NCBI GenBank assembly: GCA_964276515.1
Contig: OZ193910.1
Location: forward strand, 6,882,001-6,946,000
Length of the DNA: 64,000 bases
Direction: 5' to 3'
Source of the DNA: Gordius albopunctatus
Taxonomy: Eukaryota
Position 1 is the first letter of the stretch. Every line of letters starts with the position of its first letter. Of the stretch, positions 1 through 12,000 are shown one piece after another. Both the position numbers and the translations under genes were made by a program. A model generated the notes under the pieces. That model did not search any database. It was not told the origin of the DNA and worked only from the letters and a program-made list of their open reading frames with translations.

Positions 1-3000
1 GCTATATGGTTGAACAAAAAAATTGAAAAAATTTTGAGGTCGAAAAAAATATTATTTTTCATATTCTTTTGAAAGGGAGATGAAAAAATCTTTAAAAGTT
101 AGTAAATATTCTTAGCATTTTGTCCTTGTTAGAATCTTGATAGGAATTTTTGCGTGGGGGGATGTTTGAGATTGAGAGAAATTAAAATTTTCGTGTTGCG
201 TTTAGATTGATTCAATATCGCTTTATAAGCGTGTCTCTAGTTTTAGTGAAACAAGCTCTATGCGATCGTGATTTAGAGTTAATAATTTTTGATGACTGAT
301 CAAAAAAATGTTTTTCAAGGAATTCACCTCTTATACGGAAAACTTTCATGAGAGCTATATGGTTGAACAAAAAAATAGAAAAAATTTTGAGGTCGAAAAA
401 ATTATTATTTTTCATATTCTTTCGAAAGGGAGATGAAAAAATCTTTAAAAGTTAGTAAATATTCTTAGCATTTTGTCCTTGTTAGAATCTTGATAGGAAT
501 TTATGCGTGGGGGGATGTTTGAGATTTAGAGAAATTAAAATTTAGGTGTTGCCTTTATATTGTTTCAATATCGCTTTATAAGCGTGTCTCTAGTTTTAGT
601 GAAACAAGCTCTAGGCGATCGTGATTCAGAGTTAATAATTTTTGATGACTGATCAAAAAAATGTTTTTCAAGGAATTCACCTCTTATACCGAAAACTTTC
701 ATGAGAGCTATATGGTTGAACAAAAAAATTTAAAAAATTTTGAGGTCGAAAAAAATATTATTTTTCATATTCTTTTGAAAGGGAGATGAAAAAATCTTTA
801 AAAGTTAGTAAATATTCTTAGCATTTTGTCCTTGTTAGAATCTTGATAGGAATTTATGCGTGGGGGGATGTTTTAGATTGAGAGAAATTAAAATTTAGGT
901 GTTGCGTTTATATTGTTTCAATATCGCTTTATAAGCGAGCTCTATGCGATCGTGATTTAGAGTTAATAATTTTTGATGACTGATCAAAAAAATGTTTTTC
1001 AAGGAATTCATCTCTTATACGGAAAACTTTCATGAGAGCTATATGGTTGAACAAAAAAATTGAAAAAATTTTGAGGTCGAAAAAAATATTATTTTTCATA
1101 TTCTTTCGAAAGGATGATGAAAAAATCTTTAAAAGTTAGTAAATATTCTTAGCATTTTGTCCTTGTTAGAATCTTGATAGGAATTTTTGCGTGGGGGGAT
1201 GTTTTAGATTGAGAGAAATTAAAATTTAGGTGTTGCGTTTATATTGTTTCTATATCGCTTTATAAGCGTGTCTCTAGTTTTAGTGAAACAAGCTCTATGC
1301 GATCGTGATTCAGAGTTAATAATTTTTGATGACTGATCAAAAAAATGTTTTTCAAGGAATTCACCTCTTATACCGAAAACTTTCATGAGAGCTATATGGT
1401 TGAACAAAAAAATAGAAAAAATTTTGAGGTCGAAAAAATTATTATTTTTCATATTCTTTCGAAAGGGAGATGAAAAAATCTTTAAAAGTTAGTAAATATT
1501 CTTAGCATTTTGTCCTTGTTAGAATCTTGATAGGAATTTATGCGTGGGGGGATGTTTGAGATTTAGAGAAATTAAAATTTAGGTGTTGCGTTTATATTGT
1601 TTCAATATCGCTTTATAAGCGTGTCTCTAGTTTTAGTGTAAAAAGCTCTATGCGATCGTGATTTAGAGTTAATAATTTTTGATGACTGATCAAAAAAATG
1701 TTTTTCAAGCAATTCACCTCTTATACCGAAAACTTTCATGAGAGCTATATGGTTGAACAAAAAAATTGAAAAAATTTTGAGGTCGAAAAAAATATTATTT
1801 TTCAAATTCTTTCGAAAGGGAGATGAAAAAATCTTTAAAAGTTAGTAAATATTCATAGCATTTTGTCCTTGTTAGAATCTTGATAGGAATTTTTGCGTGG
1901 GGGGATGTTTTAGATTGAGAGAAATTAAAATTTAGGTGTTGCGTTTATATTGTTTCAATATCGCTTTATAAGCGTGTCTCTAGTTTTAGTTAAACAAGCT
2001 CTATGCGATCGTGATTTAGAGTTAATAATTTTTGATGACTGATCAAAAAAATGTTTTTCAAGGAATTCACCTCTTATACCGAAAACTTTCATGAGAGCTA
2101 TATGGTTGAACAAAAAAATTGAAAAAATTTTGAGGTCGAAAAAAATATTATTTTTCATATTGTTTCGAAAGGGAGATGAAAAAATCTTTAAAAGTTAGTA
2201 AATATTCTTAGCATTTTGTCCTTGTTAGAATCTTGATAGGAATTTTTGCGTGGGGGGATGTTTGAGATTGAGAGAAATTAAAATTTTCGTGTTGCGTTTA
2301 GATTGATTCAATATCGCTTTATAAGCGTGTCTCTAGTTTTAGTGAAACAAGCTCTATGCGATCGTGATTTAGAGTTAATAATTTTTGATGACTGATCAAA
2401 AAAATGTTTTTCAAGGAATTCACCTCTTATACCGAAAACTTTCATGAGAGCTATATGGTTGAACAAAAAAATAGAAAAAATTTTGAGGTCGAAAAAATTA
2501 TTATTTTTCATATTCTTTTGAAAGGGAGATGAAAAAATCTTTAAAAGTTAGTAAATATTCTTAGCATTTTGTCCTTGTTAGAATCTTGATAGGAATTTAT
2601 GCGTGGGGGGATGTTTTAGATTGAGAGAAATTAAAATTTAGGTGTTGCGTTTATATTGTTTCAATATCGCTTTATAAGCGAGCTCTATGCGATCGTGATT
2701 TAGAGTTAATAATTTTTGATGACTGATCAAAAAAATGTTTTTCAAGGAATTCACCTCTTATACCGAAAACTTTCATGAGAGCTATATGGTTGAACAAAAA
2801 AAATTAAAACAATTTTGAGGTCGAAAAAAATATTATTTTTCATATTCTTTCGAAAGGGAGATGAAAAAATCTTTAAAAGTTAGTAAATATTCTTAGCATT
2901 TTGTCCTTGTTAGAATCTTGATAGGAATTTTTGCGTGGGGGCATGTTTGAGATTGAGAGAAATTAAAATTTTCGTGTTGCGTTTAGATTGATTCAATATC

Positions 3001-6000
3001 GCTTTATAAGCGTGTCTCTAGTTTTAGTGAAACAGGCTCTATGCGATCGTGATTTAGAGTTAATAATTTTTGATGACTGATCAAAAAAATGTTTTTCAAG
3101 GAATTCATCTCTTATACGGAAAACTTTCATGAGAGCTATATGGTTGAACAAAAAAATTGAAAAAATTTTGAGGTCGAAAAAAATATTATTTTTCATATTC
3201 TTTTGAAAGGGAGATGAAAAAATCTTTAAAAGTTAGTAAATATTCTTAGCATTTTGTCCTTGTTAGAATCTTGATAGGAATTTATGCGTGGGAGGATGTT
3301 TGAGATTTAGAGAAATTAAAATTTAGGTGTTGCGTTTATATTGTTTCAATATCGCTTTATAAGCGTGTCTCTAGTTTTAGTGAAACAAACTCTATGCGAT
3401 CGTGATTCAGAGTTAATAATTTTTGATGACTGATCAAAAAAATGTTTTTCAAGGAATTCACCTCTTATACCGAAAACTTTCATGAGAGCTATATGGTTGA
3501 ACAAAAAAATGTAAAAAATTTTGAGGTCGAAAAAAATATTATTTTTCATATTCTTTCGAAAGGGATATGAAAAAATCTTTAAAAGTTAGTAAATATTCTT
3601 AGCATTTTGTGCTTGTTAGAATCTTGATAGGAATTTTTGCGTGGGGGGATGTTTTAGATTGAGAGAAATTAAAATTTAGGTGTTGCGTTTATATTGTTTC
3701 AATATCGCTTTATAAGCGTGTCTCTAGTTTTAGTTAAACAAGCTCTATGCGATCGTGATTTAGAGTTAATAATTTTTGATGACTGATCAAAAAAATGTTT
3801 TTCAAGGAATTCACCTCTTATACCGAAAATTTTCATGAGAGCTATATGGTTGAACAAAAAAATTGAAAAAATTTTGAGGTCGAAAAAAATATTATTTTTC
3901 ATATTGTTTCGAAAGGGAGATGAAAAAATCTTTAAAAGTTAGTAAATATTCTTAGCATTTTGTCCTTGTTAGAATCTTGATAGGAATTTTTGCGTGGGGG
4001 GATGTTTGAGATTGAGAGAAATTAAAATTTTCGTGTTGCGTTTAGATTGATTCAATATCGCTTTATAAGCGTGTCTCTAGTTTTAGTGAAACAAGCTCTA
4101 TGCGATCGTGATTTAGAGTTAATAATTTTTGATGACTGATCAAAAAATGTTTTTCAAGGAATTCACCTCTTATACCGAAAACTTTCATGAGAACTATATG
4201 GTTGGAACAAAAAAATTGAAAAAATTTTGAGGTCGAAAAAAATATTATTTTTCATATTTTTTCGAAAGGGAGATGAAAAAATCTTTAAAAGTTAGTAAAT
4301 ATTCTTAGCATTTTGTCCTTGTTAGAATCTTGATAGGAATTTATGCGTGGGGGGATGTTTTAGATTGAGAGAAATTAAAATTTAGGTGTTGCGTTTATAT
4401 TGTTTCAATATCGCTTTATAAGCGAGCTCTATGCGATCGTGATTTAGAGTTAATAATTTTTGATGACTGATCAAAAAAATGTTTTTCAAGGAATTCACCT
4501 CTTATACCGAAAACTTTCATGAGAGCTATATGGTTGAACAAAAAAATTTAAAAAATTTTGAGGTCGAAAAAAATATTATTTTTCATATTCTTTTGAAAGG
4601 GAGATGAAAAAATCTTTAAAAGTTAGTAAATATTCTTAGCATTTTGTCCTTGTTAGAATCTTGATAGGAATTTATGCGTGGGGGGATGTTTTAGATTGAG
4701 AGAAATTAAAATTTTCGTGTTGCGTTTAGATTGATTCAATATCGCTTTATAAGCGTGTCTCTAGTTTTAGTGAAACAAGCTCTATGCGATCGTGATTTAG
4801 AGTTAATAATTTTTGACGACTGATCAAAAAAATGTTTTTAAAGGAATTCACCTCTTATACGGAAAACTTTCATGAGAGCTATATGGTTGAACAAAAAAAT
4901 AGAAAAAATTTTGAGGTCGAAAAAATTATTATTTTTCATATTCTTTCGAAAGGGAGATGAAAAAATCTTTAAAAGTTAGTAAATATTCTTAGCATTTTGT
5001 CCTTGTTAGAATCTTGATAGGAATTTATGCGTGGGGGGATGTTTGAGATTTAGAGAAATTAAAATTTAGGTGTTGCCTTTATATTGTTTCAATATCGCTT
5101 TATAAGCGTGTCTCTAGTTTTAGTGAAACAAGCTCTATGCGATGGTGATTCAGAGTTAATAATTTTTGATGACTGATCAAAAAAATGTTTTTCAAGGAAT
5201 TCACCTCTTATACCGAAAACTTTCATGAGAGCTATATGGTTGAACAAAAAAATTTAAAAAATTTTGAGGTCGAAAAAAATATTATTTTTCATATTCTTTT
5301 GAAAGGGAGATGAAAAAATCTTTAAAAGTTAGTAAATATTCTTAGCATTTTGTCCTTGTTAGAATCTTGATAGGAATTTATGCGTGGGGGGATGTTTTAG
5401 ATTGAGAGAAATTAAAATTTAGGTGTTGCGTTTATATTGTTTCAATATCGCTTTATAAGCGAGCTCTATGCGATCGTGATTTAGAGTTAATAATTTTTGA
5501 TGACTGATCAAAAAAATGTTTTTCAAGGAATTCATCTCTTATACGGAAAACTTTCATGAGAGCTATATGGTTGAACAAAAAAATTGAAAAAATTTTGAGG
5601 TCGAAAAAAATATTATTTTTCATATTCTTTCGAAAGGATGATGAAAAAATCTTTAAAGTTAGTAAATATTCTTAGCATTTTGTCCTTGTTAGAATCTTGA
5701 TAGGAATTTTTGCGTGGGGGGATGTTTTAGATTGAGAGAAATTAAAATTTAGGTGTTGCGTTTATATTGTTTCAATATCGCTTTATAAGCGTGTCTCTAG
5801 TTTTAGTGAAACAAGCTCTATGCGATCGTGATTCAGAGTTAATAATTTTTGATGACTGATCAAAAAAATGTTTTTCAAGGAATTCACCTCTTATACCGAA
5901 AACTTTCATGAGAGCTATATGGTTGAACAAAAAAATTTAAAAAATTTTGAGGTCGAAAAAAATATTATTTTTCATATTCTTTCGAAAGGGATATCAAAAA

Positions 6001-9000
6001 ATCTTTAAAAGTTAGTAAATATTCATAGCATTTTGTCCTTGTTAGAATTTTGATAGGAATTTTTGCGTGGGGGGATGTTTTAGATTGAGAGAAATTAAAA
6101 TTTAGGTGTTGCGTTTATATTGTTTCAATATCGCTTTATAAGCGTGTCTCTAGTTTTAGTTAAACAAGCTCTATGCGATCGTGATTTAGAGTTAATAATT
6201 TTTGATGACTGATCAAAAAAATGTTTTTCAAGGAATTCACCTCTTATACCGAAAACTTTCATGAGAGCTATATGGTTGAACAAAAAAATTGAAAAAATTT
6301 TGAGGTCGAAAAAAATATTATTTTTCATATTGTTTCGAAAGGGAGATGAAAAAATCTTTAAAAGTTAGTAAATATTCTTAGCATTTTGTCCTTGTTAGAA
6401 TCTTGATAGGAATTTTTGCGTGGGGGGATGTTTTAGATTGAGAGAAATTAAAATTTTCGTGTTGCGTTTATATTGTTTCAATATCGCTTTATAAGCGTGT
6501 CTCTAGTTTTAGTGAAACAAGCTCTATGCGATCGTGATTCAGAGTTAATAATTTTTGATGACTGATCAAAAAATGTTTTTCAAGGAATTCACCTCTTATA
6601 CCGAAAACTTTCATGAGAACTATATGGTTGAACAAAAAAATTTAAAAAATTTTGAGGTCGAAAAAAATATTATTTTTCATATTCTTTTGAAAGGGAGATG
6701 AAAAAATCTTTAAAAGTTAGTAAATATTCTTAGCATTTTGTCCTTGTTAGAATCTTGATAGGAATTTATGCGTGGGGGGATGTTTTAGATTGAGAGAAAT
6801 TAAAATTTAGGTGTTGCGTTTATATTGTTTCAATATCGCTTTATAAGCGAGCTCTATGCGATCGTGATTTAGAGTTAATAATTTTTGATGACTGATCAAA
6901 AAAATGTTTTTCAAGGAATTCATCTCTTATACGGAAAACTTTCATGAGAGCTATATGGTTGAACAAAAAAATTGAAAAAATTTTGAGGTCGAAAAAAATA
7001 TTATTTTTCATATTCTTTCGAAAGGATGATGAAAAAATCTTTAAAGTTAGTAAATATTCTTAGCATTTTGTCCTTGTTAGAATCTTGATAGGAATTTTTG
7101 CGTGGGGGGATGTTTTAGATTGAGAGAAATTAAAATTTAGGTGTTGCGTTTATATTGTTTCAATATCGCTTTATAAGCGTGTCTCTAGTTTTAGTTAAAC
7201 AAGCTCTATGCGATCGTGATTTAGAGTTAATAATTTTTGATGACTGATCAAAAAAATGTTTTTCAAGGAATTCACCTCTTATACCGAAAACTTTCATGAG
7301 AGCTATATGGTTGAACAAAAAAATTGAAAAAATTTTGAGGTCGAAAAAAATATTATTTTTCATATTCTTTCGAAAGGATGATGAAAAAATCTTTAAAGTT
7401 AGTAAATATTCTTAGCATTTTGTCCTTGTTAGAATCTTGATAGGAATTTTTGCGTGGGGGGATGTTTGAGATTTAGAGAAATTAAAATTTAGGTGTTGCC
7501 TTTATATTGTTTCAATATCGCTTTATAAGCGTGTCTCTAGTTTTAGTGAAACAAGCTCTATGCGATGGTGATTCAGAGTTAATAATTTTTGATGACTGAT
7601 CAAAAAAATGTTTTTCAAGGAATTCACCTCTTATACCGAAAACTTTCATGAGAGCTATATGGTTGAACAAAAAAATTTAAAAAATTTTGAGGTCGAAAAA
7701 AATATTATTTTTCATATTCTTTTGAAAGGGAGATGAAAAAATCTTTAAAAGTTAGTAAATATTCTTAGCATTTTGTCCTTGTTAGAATCTTGATAGGAAT
7801 TTATGCGTGGGGGGATGTTTTAGATTGAGAGAAATTAAAATTTAGGTGTTGCGTTTATATTGTTTCAATATCGCTTTATAAGCGAGCTCTATGCGATCGT
7901 GATTTAGAGTTAATAATTTTTGATGACTGATCAAAAAAATGTTTTTCAAGGAATTCATCTCTTATACGGAAAACTTTCATGAGAGCTATATGGTTGAACA
8001 AAAAAATTGAAAAAATTTTGAGGTCGAAAAAAATATTATTTTTCATATTCTTTCGAAAGGATGATGAAAAAATCTTTAAAGTTAGTAAATATTCTTAGCA
8101 TTTTGTCCTTGTTAGAATCTTGATAGGAATTTTTGCGTGGGGGGATGTTTTAGATTGAGAGAAATTAAAATTTAGGTGTTGCGTTTATATTGTTTCAATA
8201 TCGCTTTATAAGCGTGTCTCTAGTTTTAGTTAAACAAGCTCTATGCGATCGTGATTTAGAGTTAATAATTTTTGATGACTGATCAAAAAAATGTTTTTCA
8301 AGGAATTCACCTCTTATACCGAAAACTTTCATGAGAGCTATATGGTTGAACAAAAAAATTGAAAAAATTTTGAGGTCGAAAAAAATATTATTTTTCATAT
8401 TCTTTCGAAAGGATGATGAAAAAATCTTTAAAGTTAGTAAATATTCTTAGCATTTTGTCCTTGTTAGAATCTTGATAGGAATTTTTGCGTGGGGGGATGT
8501 TTTAGATTGAGAGAAATTAAAATTTAGGTGTTGCGTTTATATTGTTTCAATATCGCTTTATAAGCGTGTCTCTAGTTTTAGTGAAACAAGCTCTATGCGA
8601 TCGTGATTCAGAGTTAATAATTTTTGATGACTGATCAAAAAAATGTTTTTCAAGGAATTCACCTCTTATACCGAAAACTTTCATGAGAGCTATATGGTTG
8701 AACAAAAAAATAGAAAAAATTTTGAGGTCGAAAAAATTATTATTTTTCATATTTTTTCGAAAGGGAGATGAAAAAATCTTTAAAAGTTAGTAAATATTCT
8801 TAGCATTTTGTCCTTGTTAGAATCTTGATAGGAATTTATGCGTGGGGGGATGTTTTAGATTGAGAGAAATTAAAATTTAGGTGTTGCGTTTATATTGTTT
8901 CAATATCGCTTTATAAGCGAGCTCTATGCGATCGTGATTTAGAGTTAATAATTTTTGATGACTGATCAAAAAAATGTTTTTCAAGGAATTCACCTCTTAT

Positions 9001-12000
9001 ACCGAAAACTTTCATGAGAGCTATATGGTTGAACAAAAAAAATTAAAACAATTTTGAGGTCGAAAAAAATATTATTTTTCATATTCTTTCGAAAGGGAGA
9101 TGAAAAAATCTTTAAAAGTTAGTAAATATTCTTAGCATTTTGTCCTTGTTAGAATCTTGATAGGAATTTTTGCGTGGGGGCATGTTTGAGATTGAGAGAA
9201 ATTAAAATTTTCGTGTTGCGTTTAGATTGATTCAATATCGCTTTATAAGCGTGTCTCTAGTTTTAGTGAAACAGGCTCTATGCGATCGTGATTTAGAGTT
9301 AATAATTTTTGATGACTGATCAAAAAAATGTTTTTCAAGGAATTCATCTCTTATACGGAAAACTTTCATGAGAGCTATATGGTTGAACAAAAAAATTGAA
9401 AAAATTTTGAGGTCGAAAAAAATATTATTTTTCATATTCTTTCGAAAGGATGATGAAAAAATCTTTAAAAGTTAGTAAATATTCTTAGCATTTTGTCCTT
9501 GTTAGAATCTTGATAGGAATTTATGCGTGGGAGGATGTTTTAGATTGAGAGAAATTAAAATTTTCGTGTTGCGTTTATATTGTTTCAATATCGCTTTATA
9601 AGCGTGTCTCTAGTTTTAGTGAAACAAGCTCTATGCGATCGTGATTTAGAGTTAATAATTTTTGACGACTGATCAAAAAAATGTTTTTAAAGGAATTCAC
9701 CTCTTATACGGAAAACTTTCATGAGAGCTATATGGTTGAACAAAAAAATAGAAAAAATTTTGAGGTCGAAAAAATTATTATTTTTCATATTCTTTCGAAA
9801 GGGAGATGAAAAAATCTTTAAAAGTTAGTAAATATTCTTAGCATTTTGTCCTTGTTAGAATCTTGATAGGAATTTATGCGTGGGGGGATGTTTGAGATTT
9901 AGAGAAATTAAAATTTAGGTGTTGCGTTTATATTGTTTCAATATCGCTTTATAAGCGTGTCTCTAGTTTTAGTGAAACAAACTCTATGCGATCGTGATTC
10001 AGAGTTAATAATTTTTGATGACTGATCAAAAAAATGTTTTTCAAGGAATTCACCTCTTATACCGAAAACTTTCATGAGAGCTATATGGTTGAACAAAAAA
10101 ATTTAAAAAATTTTGAGGTCGAAAAAAATATTATTTTTCATATTCTTTCGAAAGGGATATGAAAAAATCTTTAAAAGTTAGTAAATATTCTTAGCATTTT
10201 GTGCTTGTTAGAATCTTGATAGGAATTTTTGCGTGGGGGGATGTTTTAGATTGAGAGAAATTAAAATTTAGGATTTGCGTTTATATTGTTTCAATATCGC
10301 TTTATAAGCGTGTCTCTAGTTTTAGTTAAACAAGCTCTATGCGATCGTGATTTAGAGTTAATAATTTTTGATGACTGATCAAAAAAATGTTTTTCAAGGA
10401 ATTCACCTCTTATACCGAAAATTTTCATGAGAGCTATATGGTTGAACAAAAAAATTGAAAAAATTTTGAGGTCGAAAAAAATATTATTTTTCATATTGTT
10501 TCGAAAGGGAGATGAAAAAATCTTTAAAAGTTAGTAAATATTCTTAGCATTTTGTCCTTGTTAGAATCTTGATAGGAATTTTTGCGTGGGGGGATGTTTG
10601 AGATTGAGAGAAATTAAAATTTTCGTGTTGCGTTTAGATTGATTCAATATCGCTTTATAAGCGTGTCTCTAGTTTTAGTGAAACAAGCTCTATGCGATCG
10701 TGATTTAGAGTTAATAATTTTTGATGACTGATCAAAAAATGTTTTTCAAGGAATTCACCTCTTATACCGAAAACTTTCATGAGAACTATATGGTTGGAAC
10801 AAAAAAATTGAAAAAATTTTGAGGTCGAAAAAAATATTATTTTTCATATTTTTTCGAAAGGGAGATGAAAAAATCTTTAAAAGTTAGTAAATATTCTTAG
10901 CATTTTGTCCTTGTTAGAATCTTGATAGGAATTTATGCGTGGGGGGATGTTTTAGATTGAGAGAAATTAAAATTTAGGTGTTGCGTTTAGATTGATTCAA
11001 TATCGCTTTATAAGCGTGTCTCTAGTTTTAGTGAAACAAGCTCTATGCGATCGTGATTTAGAGTTAATAATTTTTGACGACTGATCAAAAAAATGTTTTT
11101 AAAGGAATTCACCTCTTATACGGAAAACTTTCATGAGAGCTATATGGTTGAACAAAAAAATTGAAAAAATTTTGAGGTCGAAAAAAATATTATTTTTCAT
11201 ATTGTTTCGAAAGGGAGATGAAAAAATCTTTAAAAGTTAGTAAATATTCTTAGCATTTTGTCCTTGTTAGAATCTTGATAGGAATTTTTGCGTGGGGGGA
11301 TGTTTGAGATTTAGAGAAATTAAAATTTAGGTGTTGCCTTTATATTGTTTCAATATCGCTTTATAAGCGTGTCTCTAGTTTTAGTGAAACAAGCTCTATG
11401 CGATGGTGATTCAGAGTTAATAATTTTTGATGACTGATCAAAAAAATGTTTTTCAAGGAATTCACCTCTTATACCGAAAACTTTCATGAGAGCTATATGG
11501 TTGAACAAAAAAATTTAAAAAATTTTGAGGTCGAAAAAAATATTATTTTTCATATTCTTTTGAAAGGGAGATGAAAAAATCTTTAAAAGTTAGTAAATAT
11601 TCTTAGCATTTTGTCCTTGTTAGAATCTTGATAGGAATTTATGCGTGGGGGGATGTTTTAGATTGAGAGAAATTAAAATTTAGGTGTTGCGTTTATATTG
11701 TTTCAATATCGCTTTATAAGCGAGCTCTATGCGATCGTGATTTAGAGTTAATAATTTTTGATGACTGATCAAAAAAATGTTTTTCAAGGAATTCATCTCT
11801 TATACGGAAAACTTTCATGAGAGCTATATGGTTGAACAAAAAAATTGAAAAAATTTTGAGGTCGAAAAAAATATTATTTTTCATATTCTTTCGAAAGGAT
11901 GATGAAAAAATCTTTAAAGTTAGTAAATATTCTTAGCATTTTGTCCTTGTTAGAATCTTGATAGGAATTTTTGCGTGGGGGGATGTTTTAGATTGAGAGA

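Noticed and set aside
1..353. Identity with the Drosophila 1.688 (353/356/359-bp) satellite family
   Set aside because: Only length and AT-richness match. I recognise no sequence similarity to the 1.688 consensus as I recall it. No database search was possible, so the organism and satellite family stay unassigned.
1..353. 5S rRNA, tRNA or telomeric repeat array; G-quadruplex at the G6 run; dimer of ~176-bp subunits
   Set aside because: No 5S/tRNA boxes or cloverleaf, no short telomeric unit, only one long G-run per monomer, and I could not convincingly align the two halves by eye.
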